Shown here in pieces: positions 38,526-52,216 of a stretch of 64,000 bases of DNA. The notes under the pieces were generated by a model that worked only from the letters and a program-made list of their open reading frames with translations, ran no database searches and was not told the origin of the DNA. Position 1 is the first letter of the stretch. Every line of letters starts with the position of its first letter. A program made the translations under genes and the position numbers. The DNA comes from Eledone cirrhosa (lineage: Eukaryota). The DNA lies in NCBI GenBank assembly GCA_964016885.1, contig OZ024754.1, positions 26,164,001-26,228,000 of the forward strand, written 5' to 3'.

Positions 38526-39027
38526 ACATAAATAATAATCTGTTTAATTACTGATACTAATTTGCAAAAGTTGTTTTGCTAAAAAGCTACGGTCGCAAAA
38601 AAAACAAAAAAACAAGCCAAGGGTTGTATTATGCATGAAGTAGATTTATATGCCGTAAATACTGGGATACGGACAAAATCCTGTTGAATAAATTCCTACT
38701 GCTACCGGACAAAAACTCTCACATGATATATATAAAATAAAATGTACTTATAGGTCTTTGATAGCAAACATTAGGAAATGTAATTTACCTGAACAAGAAT
38801 AAAATAAAACTATATTTTGGTTTATTCTGTTATATATATTATTTACTATGTTAGTTTTTTTTAATCGTGGATTTGTAGATAAAATGGGTCCTTGGTAATG
38901 AAAAGTTTTAAGAATGACAGACGCAGAGGTTCAATATACCGGAGAAAGAGGGAGGAACCGGCCAGGAAAATCAGTTATCTCCCTTTATGTAGAAGAACTC
39001 TCTTCTTTATTGCCAACAACATCAAAA

Positions 39028-39127
39028 ATGTCGTCGGAGAAGTTTGAGTCGCTGGAAGACGATTTAAATCTTGTTTTGGAACAATTAAAGAAATATATTC
39101 ACAATGATATACCTGTATTATACGGTG
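39028..39127 (+). CDS. VTI1B: VTI1B exon 1
   Basis: aaaaATG TCG TCG GAG...TAC GGT G|gtaagt; [33 protein letters not shown]. Confidence 0.9.
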
Positions 39128-39616
39128 GTAAGTTTTACCTTCTACCTTATATTTATATTCTACTGTATATTTATAACGCAATCTGGTCCATTTCCCCATC
39201 TTGTTTATGCAAACTTAAATTTTCCCGTTCTCGATGTAAATAAACACATTTTTCACGAACTTTTTTTTTGTAAATATAAGAACCAAGGATAAATGAAATT
39301 TATCAGATAACATTTATTTAACAATAATCTTCTCGAAATAGAAGTAGAAAGATTGTAATGTAATATATTACTAATTAATAAAATGTTCTAACTCAAACAT
39401 CGTATATATATATAATATAATACAGCCAATTATCCACACAATACAATATAGTTAGCACCCCAAACGTTTAATTGGGAATATACTCCGGTATTTCCTGTTT
39501 GTTGAGTGAGTTGGAAATTGGTCGGAGTAGCGCTAACAGCTTTCTCCGTTTATATATATATATAGTCCAGAAATAGCCGTCGAAACCGCTTGAGCTCTGC
39601 CGTCGGGGTCATACAT

Positions 39617-39654
<38 letters not shown>

Positions 39655-41472
39655 GTTTCTACTTTTGGCACAAGGCCAGCAATAACCCAGTGCATTACTG
39701 GTACTTTATTTTATCGACCCCGTTAGGATGAAAGGCAAAGTTTACCTCAGCGGGATTTGAACTCAAATATATATATATATAAATTTATTACGATCACACA
39801 TACAGTGTGTGATCGTAATAAATTTCTGTAATAATATTAGTATTATTTTTAACTTAAGGCGACAGTGGATTGGCAGAATCGATGGAGCATCGGCCAAAAT
39901 TCTTTGTTTGTATTTGCTCCAGCTCTACCTTTTATACTTCTCGGTTCGATAGTATAAAGTACCAGTAAAATACTGTGGAGTGGGAGGGGGGGGGGGGGTC
40001 AATAAAAATTCTGGCCTTATGCCTAAATTTGAAACCGGTGGTGATTATAGTCGCTTTTGTGCCGACATAACAACTGATTTCTTTTACGATTTATAATTTT
40101 TTTTTCTTATATCGGCAACCATAGCTCCAAATTTTAATGGTGGAGTATTTCCGATAATGTGAAATTAAACTATGGTGGTTGTTTGAGGGGCATAAAGGAT
40201 TTTAGTGAAATGTGCCAAGGTGTTTGATATCGAACACACATCCCCCGTCACCCCCGTCATTAAAACTAGTTTGCTGAGTCAACTTGCTTAACTTCGCTGA
40301 TAAATTTCTGTTTATTAGACACACGGCCAACAGTTTACTTCACCGATTCCAAAGCTGGGGGTCCGAAAGTAAGAATTAGGGGTCAAATTGTCAAACACTT
40401 TGTATAAATATAATATACATATACTATTAGGTATATTCGTTCTTTTCTAGATATAAACATGTCTCTTGGTTCTTCTCACGTCACCGTAGAAGCATCTTGC
40501 AGCGGAGTGTGTCGATGGGAATATTAATTTAAATATAAGGGATCATTGAGAGAAAGAAAAGGTTGGGAACCATTGCAGTCTTAGCATAGATTTTAGACAG
40601 TGTGAGCGGTGGTGAAGTACGGCACCTTCCCAGAAATTTTGGGTAAGTTGAGAGTTAAACTAAATAGTGGGGCAGGAGGTATTCTTATCATTGTGGCCGG
40701 TTAACTTTACTGAAATAACAGGTGATGCTCCTCGTGACGGGTGCTTGACTATTTAAGTACCTTAGCCTCGCTAATATATACAGGGTGCCCCCACCCCCCA
40801 CCGAATTTAAACATACTTCAACAGCATTCTAATAAAAGTGTTGTATTGGTAATTATCTTACTTATGGTAACAAAGAAAAAAACAGACTATGGGAGGTCGT
40901 TCGTTTTAAGAAGGCATCAATTGCCGTACCTAATATAATTGTTTCTACTTTTGGCACAAGGCCAGCAAAAAATCCAGTGCATTACTGGTACTTTCCTAAT
41001 ATAATAAAATGTAATGAACAGTGGCTGGTTGTAAAATAACTCTACATGTATAGTCACAACTTTATCTCTTTTACACGTATCTGCAAACATTTTATACTGG
41101 AATATAGCTATTCATTTTATCAAGTTTTAAATATATACATAAATAATATTACAATTTGTTCATAATCCTTTTATAATGAAAATATAAACACATATAACAA
41201 ATACAATTAACTATTGCTAGGAATCTCCTCAAATACAACCCACCAATATATATAGATTCTGAATGATTTATTTATTGGTAAAAGAAAATGTTTTAAATTA
41301 AATTGTGTTTGATAATGTTTAAATAAGACATGAAAGAACATTATTGTAATTGATTTAAATGAAAGTAAAATGAAATTATTGATCGGCGGTTAGTTTTCAT
41401 ACTAAACCATTTGAAACCTTTCTTGGTTTTATGATATAATTGTGTTTATATTAAAGTGTATATGTGTGTGTG

Positions 41473-41521
<49 letters not shown>

Positions 41522-43964
41522 AATTTTCGCTCTACATGGCTGAATACAATAAATGTAATCTGGGTTTTTCGAATGTTAATAATAATATTCGATTCGTTTG
41601 CAATTATGCAAACAAGCCTCATTTTAAAGCCATGTCAGTAGAATGAGCCCCTCATTCTTGCTCTTATGTTGGCATGTAAACATGCTTTAAAAATGAGGCT
41701 TGTTTGCATAATTGCAAACGAATCGAATGTTATTTTTAATGATCTGAGTTCAAATCCCGCCGAGGTTGACTTTGCCTTTCATCCTTACGGGGTCGATAAA
41801 ATAAAGTACCAGTAATGCACTGGGTAATTGCTGGCCTTGTGCCTAAAGTAGAAACAATTATTAATATTCGAAAAACTCAGATTACATTTATATATAGATA
41901 TATTTAAAAACCTTCCATCATAATTTTATGTAAGAACCGCTGTCAGATTATGTTTAAAACACGGGCTTCTTGATTATTTTCAAAATTATTTGAAAATCAT
42001 AGGCAGGATTTTTAATTAGAAATATGGTCACGAAAAAATGCCACCAGAAAGTTAACACAGATGAGGTTTGAACTCTCAACTATCATGTGTATAATATAAC
42101 GAAATAAAAATATACATATATAGTAGCCTTTTCAAAGTAGATCATCTTTATTGCTCCTCGTACTGTCTATTATATTCACGTCCATATAAAATACATGTGA
42201 CTTCGTTGTGTATTTTACAGTCTTGTCATGTGTGTATTGTTTATGGTTCCTCACGCCCGCCTTCAATCATGTGACAATGCGACAGTGGTAGGTGTGTGTG
42301 TGTATATATATATATATTTTTTTTTTAGGCCTCATATCATTTGTATGTATGTATATATATATATATATTTGTTAGGCCTCATATCATGTGTATACATATA
42401 TATATATATTTTAGGCCTCATATCATGTTACCTTATTTTATCAGATGAGAACACAATTTTTGTCCCAGGATGATGTTGTTTTCGAAATGCGCATAATAAA
42501 ATATATGGAACTTCTTTAACCATCTTTTAATTTCTTCTTTAATATATACTCCAGTTCTACCAACTGTTGAGTGCTACTTATCTGATATATGCATAGTTTT
42601 ATTGTTCTACAATATTCCTCACCTACATATATATATATATATATACATATACAGGTGTGTCAGAAAAGTTCCAGGACTGATGTCACAAAAGATTTATTTC
42701 AAACCCAAACTTCACACTAAGAGTTTTCTCCTTCAAAGTAATCCCCCTAGAGTCTAATGAACTTTACCATCCTTTTCTGCCACGCTTGCATGCACTCCTG
42801 GAAGTATTCTTCCGGGATCCTCCGCAGTTCCGTCGTCATGGCCTTTTTGATGTCGTCCACATCTTCAAAACGGGTCCCCTCCGGGTCGTACTCGAAGATC
42901 CATGACTCATCATCGGTGATGACTGTCTCTAGCATGTCTGGTTCGGTTTCAAGAGATTCGAGGATGTCCTGGCACACTTGCAATGCGTCGACCCTTCTGG
43001 TCATCGTTCAGCAGTTTTGGCACCATCTTTGCGCAGACTTTCCGCATGTCCAAATCTTCAGTGAGAATCTTCCAGACGCTGTCTCGATTCATGCCTAGCT
43101 CATTTGCCATCAGTCGAACAGTCAACCAGCGATCACTTCACACCATCTGCTTGATGTGCTCAACGTTGACCTTAGTCCTGCTTGTTGAGGGCCTTCTGCT
43201 ACTGGGATCATCTTCCACGTCCTTGCGTCCTTCTTTAAACCTCTTGCAGCACTCAAAAACAAGTGAGCGTGACATCGTCTCATCTCCATACACTTGCTGC
43301 AGCGGAGTTTTCCCCAACCGTACCAGAAACTTCAAGTTTGTTCGTTGCTCTGTGCTCATTACTTGACGACCTGAAACAGAGGACATGTATATAAAATTAT
43401 GAAGAAAAAAGTTTGATCGCTGCAGAGAGCTAAGATTACAGTTATATACTCCAGGGGGATTACTTTGAAGGAGAAAACTCTTAGTGTGAAGTTTGGGTTT
43501 GAAATAAATCATTTGTGACATCAGTCCTGGAACTTTTCTGACACACCTCGTATATATACACACGCTTATAAATATGTGTATCATCATTTCATCATCATTT
43601 CATTTTACGTCCACTTTTCCCTGCTTGCAAGGGTGGGACGGGAACTGATTCTGGCTTGATTTCTACAGCTGGATGCCCTTCCTAACACCAACCTCATTTA
43701 CAGTGAGTGCTGGGTGCTTTTTTGTCGTGGCACCTCCACGACCACTTTGCAGTGGAATGATAGGGACCCCAGTCCTATCATCTCATTTCTACAGCTGAGT
43801 AAACTGGAGCAATGTGAAATAAAGTGTCTTGCTCAAGGAAACAACACATCACCCGGTCTGAGAATTGAACTCACAACCTTTCGATTGCAAGGCCAATGCT
43901 CTAACCACTAAGCCATGTGATATATATATATATAAATGTATATGTATATATACACGCATATGTG

Positions 43965-43996
<32 letters not shown>

Positions 43997-44333
43997 CACG
44001 CATATAAATGTGTATATATATATAAACACACGCATATAAATGTGTGTATATATATACACGCATATAAATATATACACACACACACAAATATTTATATATA
44101 CACACACATATTTATGTATATATACACACAAACATACACATGCACAAATATTTTTATATATATATATATATATATACACATACACACACAAATATTTATA
44201 TATACGTGTATATAACAATATAAATATTTGTGTCTATATATATATACATACACACAAATATTTATATATACGTGTATATAACAATATAAATATTTGTGTC
44301 TCTATATATATATACATACACACAAATATTTAT

Positions 44334-44382
<49 letters not shown>

Positions 44383-44465
44383 AATAAATATTTGTGTGTA
44401 TGTATATATATATATACATAGAGACACACAAATATTTATATTGTTATATACTTTCTATACCCTTC

Positions 44466-44514
<49 letters not shown>

Positions 44515-46049
44515 AGCTGAATGACCTGGCATTGCCCTTGTTACTGCTGTTCTTATTCAGATTAGTAAACAATAAATATGAAGATATATTTTTTTCCTTA
44601 TAATTATTTCAAAATATTTTATTAAAAAATATCCAAATTGTAATAATAGAATTTAGAACTGAAAATCTGTCAATCTTCAAGTACCTCAGGGTAAACAATA
44701 TTCATTGTGTAATTTTTTGTTGGTGTCCAAATGAATAAATTGTTGCTGCTTCCAACTCGTGAGCAACCAACATAGAGTTTGGCTGTGGGAGAAGCATGTA
44801 GTAGAGAGATCAAGTCCAGCTACTTTGAGTAGTCCAACTACTTTGAGATTTGTTAATTGAAATACCAAAACTTAGTTTGACTGGAAACTGAAGCCTCTTA
44901 AATTCAAATAGAACATCTGTAGGTATGAGAGGAATTTTTGTAATAAAGACATTTTCTCCTTTGTGACATTTGTGTTATGATTGTTGCCTCTAGGACATGA
45001 GGCTTCATGGAAGTAACAATTAAGCGAGTTCCATTACATAGGCGAGCCCTGATGACAAAGTTTAAAGAAAGCAGTAAATGTTGTTTCTGGAGGAGTTTGC
45101 TTTTGCTGCATAAGCTACTGGGGATTTTCATGATTAAAGATTACATGCTGCCCGTTTTCTAAATGAACTGCTGTTGGATACCTTTCGTGAATTGTTGCTA
45201 ATATATCGAGCCATTTGGTAACATGTTACCTCATCATTTTTATCTATATCTTTTTGCCCAATCACATCCCTTATTTATATACTTATTGATTTGACAGAAT
45301 TGCAAAATTCCACATTCTGTGCGCATTGAAAATTTTGCATAATATTGGACTATATGGAACAATCCACCTGTTATCAATTTCTATATATATTAAGCACATG
45401 CATTAAATGTTAATTTAAGGGTAAATGTGTTGTTTCATTGTCAGTCGACACACGTACACTAAGGCAGACATATATTCATGCAAACATAGGCATAGATTTT
45501 CACATTTTTTTTGGTTAAGAGTTTCACTTCCAGCTATTCGTTATGTCAGTCAACATACATACTCACACACACATACTCACATACATATACTAAGACACAC
45601 ACACACACAGACATACATTCATGCAAACACACACAGCTTTTCACCTCATTTTTTTTTGTCAGTCGTAACATATGTATATGTAGATGTGTGTTTAATAACA
45701 TACCTAACGAACGCACACACACACACACATTCATATACAAAATGTGACATCGTAGTCGGTGTCTTGTTTACTTAGTTGTCTATAGTAGTTTTAGATAAAG
45801 TGTTATATTGTTTTAATCCAAATGAAAATAAAAATTATCACACATACGCATACGAAGACTGACACACACAAACAGATATTCACTCACACCATGGTAAACA
45901 ATATTCAGACATACATTCATACAAACAGTTTCACCCACCTGCGTGTTATGTCAGTTGTCACAGAAATGTATGTATACTCACTCACACTTGACTGAGAGAC
46001 AAAGAATTTTATATATATATAGAGAAATATAATATAAATATTAGTGTGC

Positions 46050-46084
<35 letters not shown>

Positions 46085-49000
46085 AAAAGAATCAGGACAC
46101 CGACTGGCTGAGCTCCGGCCGTTTCGACAGCTAAATCTGAACTAAGCGACCAGTATTAGAACGGCGGGAATCTAGTTGAACTTATCAAGGGGTACAGTCC
46201 ATGTATATATCATCATCATCATCATTTTACGTCCGCTTTTCCCTGCTTGCAAGGGTGGGGCGTGTCCTATTCAGCACAGCATCTCTCCACTTGTCACGGT
46301 CCTTTGTCATCTCCTCCGAGAGCTTCAGCGATCTGAGGTCTGCTCTCACCACCTCCGCCAGTGTTTTTTGTGGTCTTCCTTCTACTGGGATTTCTTGGCA
46401 CTTCTTTACCCGGCGGTCATCCTCCATGCGCATCACATGTCCATACCATCTCAATCTTCTCTTCTGCACACCAGAACTTATCCCTCTTATTCACAGTTTC
46501 TCTCTCAACTCATCTATGCTTGGTCGTTCACGCACATTGACATTGCACATCCAACGGAGTATGCTTGCTTCATTTCTCTCCACCCATTGCATATCCTCTG
46601 TAGTTGCTGCCCATGTCTCACTACCATGCAGCATTGCGCATCTCATACAGGCATCATATAACTGGCCTTTCGTACGCAGGGAGAAACCCTTCTTTCATCA
46701 TCATCAACATCATCATCGTTTAACGTCCATATTCCACGCTTGCATGGGTTTGGACGGGAGTTTTCCCACTTGAGGCAAGAGTGGTTGTCTGGCGGGTTTT
46801 CTACGGCTGGATGCCCTTCCTAACACCAACCACATTTACAGTGTGGAACTGGGAGGTTTTTTACCGTGTTACCTACACGGCCACATTACAGTGTGGACTG
46901 TGTGTTTTTTTGTCGTGACACCTACACAACCTCATTTGTTTCGGGCTGGATGTTGTGGTACCAAAATAACTTTACATTGAAAGGGGTGGTGTGGATGGGT
47001 TGGGGGTAGTGGGATGGGGGTGTATTTTGTTAGAGGTGCCTACTGACTGTAGTAGGTTTCACTTTGTACTTATGTAAGGTGGGTCTTTTCTATTACTGTG
47101 TAGCGCCAAAGATCTCGGTCCAGTGACATTGTCTTGGGGAGGTGTAAGTGTGTGAGGTCTGAATTTATCAAGTCGTCCCAGGTTTTTCTGGATCTGCCTA
47201 CTCCGTGGCTACCGTCTATTTTTATTGCCCTGCACTTTTTTATACAGCTGTCGTCTTTCATGCGCATCACGTGACCATACCAACGTAGTCTTCTCGCGAG
47301 TAAACAACATCTGATCCCTCTTATTTCTAATTTTTCCCTTAGTTCGTTTATGCTTTGCCGTTCACGTATATTACTATTACACATCCAGCGGAGCATGCAA
47401 GCTTCGTTCCTCTCCAGTCTGCGTATATCCTCTGCACACAATGCCCAGCTCTCACTGCCATGCAACATTGCTGTTCGTATGCAGGCATCATACAGCCTGC
47501 CTTTCATTTTTAGGGAGAACCCTTTAGCGGCTAATAGTGGTATAAGCTCTCTGAACTTTTTCCATCCAGTTCTGACTCTAGCTACTGTACTTTCAGAGCA
47601 CCCTCCCCCACTGCTGATTTTGTCACCCAGGTAACGGAAGCTGTCCACTATTTCTATAGAACCATCTGTGCAATGGAATGAGCTAGTATTTTGTGGGCAC
47701 TTGCTGCTACTTATTGCACTAGAGCACCGGCCACATATAAAATCTATGTTCTTATTTAGCTTACCTGTGATCCCACTACATCTTTTATGTACCCATACTT
47801 TGCATTTGGGACATAAAATGGAGTTTCTACCTACTCCTTTCCTACACACTGAGCATGGCCATTTCCCGGATGGGACCGGCGCCCTATTTTCCTTCCTACA
47901 AACTAGAACTTTAGTCTTAGACAGGTTAATTTTAAGGTCTTTTGATTCTAGGCCATGCTTCCATGTTTGGAATTTCTTCTCTAGTTCGGCCATTGATTCA
48001 GCTATGAGCGTTAAATCATCTGCGTATAGGAGTTCCCATGGGCAGCCGGTCTTGAACTCCACTGTTATAGCCTGAAGGGCAATAATAAATAGTAGGGGGC
48101 TAAGAATGGAGCCCTGATGAACACCAACTTTTACGCTAAACTCTTCACTATATTCGTTGTTAATTCTAACCTTGATACATGGCTTGTATAGCTCTCACAA
48201 GCCATTCATCAACACCTAGTTTTCTAAGAGCCCACCAGATAATGGAACGGGGGACTCTGTCGAAGGCTTTCTCCAAGTCAACAAAAGCTAAGTATAGGGG
48301 TTTACTTTTAGCTAGGTACTTCTGTAGTTGTCGTACAATGTAAAGAGCGTCTGTGGTACTTTTACCTGACACAAACTCGAACTGCATTTCATCTAGATCA
48401 ATTCTCTCTCTGATTAGTTGCGCTATTACTTTTTCTGTGACCTTCATGACCTGGTCGATTAATTTAATGCCTCTATAGTTACTCCTATCTAGGGCATCTC
48501 CTTTACCCTTGTAGCAGTTAATGATGATGCTGCTACGCCAGTCCTTCAGAACAACCCCATTCTGTATGACTTGGTTTACTATCCGGGTGACCATGGTGTG
48601 TCCCACCGTTCCAGAAGCTTTCAGCATTTCAGCAACTATTTCCGAAGGCCCAGCCGCCTTACCCGTCTTCATATCTTTGATTGCCTTACTTATTATACTA
48701 CCTTCGACTAACACTGCTGGTCCCTCTATTGGGTCGATGTGGGGGAGACTGTCTTTCTCCCATTTATTCTCCTCATTTAGTAGCCTTTCGTAGTGACACT
48801 GCCAAGCTACCTTCTTATCAGCGTCAGTGATGGCAAGTATACCATCATCATTAAGGACACACTTCTCCCCGACAATATCACGGTTTTCCTTGACACATTG
48901 CCTAGCAATCCTGAACACTTGTCTCCTAGCTTCCCTCCTGGCCACTTGATAGTCTTCTCTACTTCCCCCATCCCGCCATACTTTCCAAGCCTGCTTTTTG

Positions 49001-52000
49001 GCCTTAATTGACTCCTCCACCTTACTGTTCCATCACCATGTTACTCTCCTCCTGCCTATAGGCCTGCTCCAGCCACAGACTTTGTCTGCCGCCATCAGCA
49101 GGTTTGCTTTCAGGAATTCCCACTGTTCCTCTATATTGTACGACTCTAAATGCTCTTCCTTACTGTCGAAAGCATCAAGTAATATGCTTTTAAATTTATT
49201 TCTGGCTGTGGGGTCCTTTAGCTTCCATATTTTTCTCCTGAGGATAGTCCTCTTCTGCTGTCGAGTACGTCTTGTCCTGACTATGAGGTCGCTAATTATC
49301 AGTCTATGTTGGGAGGTGCATTCTACATGGGGGAGAGATTTAGTGTTTACAACAGACACTCTGTCACGTCTTCTGGTAAGGATATAATCTACCTGGCTGG
49401 TATGTTCCCCTGATCTGTAGGTGATCAAGTGATTGTCTCGTTTTTTGAAGTTAGTGTTACAGATAGTTAGGTTATTTGCGTCACAGTATTCCAGGATTCT
49501 GGAGCCTTCCTCATTTCTAGTACCAAACCCATAGCCTCCGTGGATTCTGTCATGGCCGTCACAATATTGTCCAACGTGACCATTTAGATGGCCAGCAATA
49601 ATTATATAGTCACTGTCGGTTATTTGGGAGGTAGTGAGCATCAGTGTCTCATAGAATCTGTCTTTTATAGCGCCAGGCAGTCCAGATTGGGGCGCGTACG
49701 CAGATATTACTGTCACAGTAGTTCTATTTAGAACAAGTCTTATTTTAATTATTCTGTAATTCACTCTATTTACGTCTATTATCTTATCCACCCATTTTTC
49801 TGCTAACATGATTCCTACCCCACCCAGAAAAGCTTATAGCATCGTTTTTTACCCACAATGAATCTAGCAGACCTGCCCCTCCACCTAGTCTCTTGGATAC
49901 AGCAAACATCAACCTCCTTACGTCCAAGCATTTCTACAACCTCGTTAGAGTGGCCTTTTAAGGTGCCTACATTCATGGTACCAACTCTGAAGTTTTGGAT
50001 TGCGTTTGGTGGGTGGGGCGCGGTGAGGGGGATGGGGTTGGGGTTATGTTGGCCATCCGCGGCCGCAACAAAGAGGAGGGGTCCTTGCCCGTTCGTCCGG
50101 CAGCATGAGGTGAATGTCGTTATCTTTGGCATTGTCTTCGAGTGTCCAGATTCTTCAGACTCTCCAGAAATTCCTTAGTCCATCCATCATATCGAAAAGC
50201 AACCAGAAGTGATAGCATAGGCCGTTGACTTGTGATTGGTCCAAATAATAAAGGTGGAGAGTGGGGGCGGACGGGAGGAGTATGGGGTAGTTAGCGAGGA
50301 GAAGATTATTTAGAACAGTCAGACAGAATTATAGAATAGCAATTAAGAAGTAGGATTTGGATTCTGGGCGATTATAGATATATGGATGAATGAACCGAAG
50401 GGTGGGGAGACAAGAAGAAAATGTTATTTTTACATTACATTTCGTAGAAGTGGACTGACCATTAATAAGAGTTGACAAATTCTTTGTATGTATATATATA
50501 TATATTTGTGTATGTATGTATGTATATACATATATATATATATATGTGTGTGTGTATGTATGTATGTATATATATTTGTGTGTATGTATGTATATATACA
50601 TATATATTGTTATATATATATTTATATAATACATTGTGGTCCATCATTCCATTTTTCTGTTTCTATTGAATTAAAGTGCAACATATTTTACTATACTATA
50701 ATAATAATAATAATAATGAAATTATTGTGTACAGTGCTCAGGTGCACTACAACTGAGGTGCATTACAACGCATGTATAGTACATAGAATAATGTACAAGT
50801 GTCAGCAAAGTGCACAATGTATGAGTCATCATATACACACACAGATATATGCGTGCATGTATGGAAGGGGAATATCAGGTGTAGTGTTGGCGAATTTCTA
50901 GTGATCTCTCTGTCATTTGAGTGCAGCCATGCTGGGGCATTGCCTTCAAGGGTGTTTAGTCCACCTATTACATCACTTTCGGGACATAAACCATCATCAG
51001 TTGGATGGGTTGTCAAGGTATGAGGCTAGACAAGTCAGAGAGGTCTCGTCTTGCTCATACATTCCATATTTGGCAGGATTTCTTTGGCAACTGCCTTATA
51101 GACTATACCGGGCCTGGGGGGTGAGGGCATTTTATCGTGGCACTAGCTCTACCACTTTACAGAGTGTACTGGGTACATTTCATGATGACACCAGTACTAC
51201 CATTACAGAGTGTACTGGGTACATTTTATGGTGACATCAGCTCTATCACTTTGCAGAGTGTACTGAGCACATTTTATGACATCAGCTCTACCACTTTACA
51301 TAATGTACTAGGTACATTTTATGACATCAACACTACCATTTTACAGAGTGTACTAGAGAGGTTGATATATGCATGGCCTGACTGAAGAGTCCTCTCTACA
51401 TTATAACATCTCCATTTGATTGGCAAGCACATTACAGTGTACTGGGTACATTTTATCATGACACTAGCACTACAACTCTACAGAGTGCACTGGTGTATAT
51501 ATATATATATATAGGAGGCACATGGCTTAGTGGTTAGAGCATTGGCCTTGCAATCGAAAGGTTGTGAGTTCAATTCTCAGACCGGGTGATGTGTTGTTTC
51601 CTTGAGCAAGACACTTATTTCACATTGCTCCAGTTTACTCAGCTGTAGAAATGAGATGATAGGGATTGGGGTCCATATCATTCCACTGCAAAGTGGTCGT
51701 GCAGGTGCCACGACAAAAAAGCACCCAGCACTCACTGTAAATGAGGTTGGTGTTAGGAAGGGCATCCAGCTGTAGAAATCAAGCCAGAATCAGTTCCCGC
51801 CCCACCCTTGCAAGCAGGGAAAAAGCGGACGTAAAATGAAATGATGATGATGATGATATATATCCAGGGAGTGTAATGTGAAGTTACTGTAGGTTCACCC
51901 AGGTGAACACTCGATGTTTAGGTTCACGTCAGTATCGAGCTAGACAGAGTGTCATATAATAATACAAGGACGATTGGTTAAGCCTTCGTTATTGGCTTAT

Positions 52001-52175
52001 TGGTTGCTGACGCACATTTTGCTATCGATCAGCTCAAGGTTCGATCTGGCCCGACCCTGAGGGCCAGATCAATACAGATCGAACCATGAGCTGATCGATA
52101 GTGAAACGTGCATCACCAACAAATAAACATAACGAAGGCTTAACCAATCATCCTTGTATTATTATTATTATTATT

Positions 52176-52216
<41 letters not shown>

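Noticed and set aside
38914-39027. 38-aa N-terminal extension of VTI1B from an upstream in-frame ATG
   Set aside because: VTI1B similarity begins at MSSEKFE (39028), which has a good aaaaATG context; the upstream ATG is probably in the promoter or 5'UTR.
43849-44387. ORFs rich in YIYI/THTH (also near 497, 3421, 41456, 50329-50901, 61285)
   Set aside because: Translations of (TA)n, (CA)n and (CTAT)n microsatellites.
46176-50178. Plus-strand ORFs overlapping the RTE, and minus-strand ORFs over 7.6-8.5 kb, 29.2-29.7 kb and 32.4-33.1 kb
   Set aside because: Antisense shadows of real coding sequence with no independent features.
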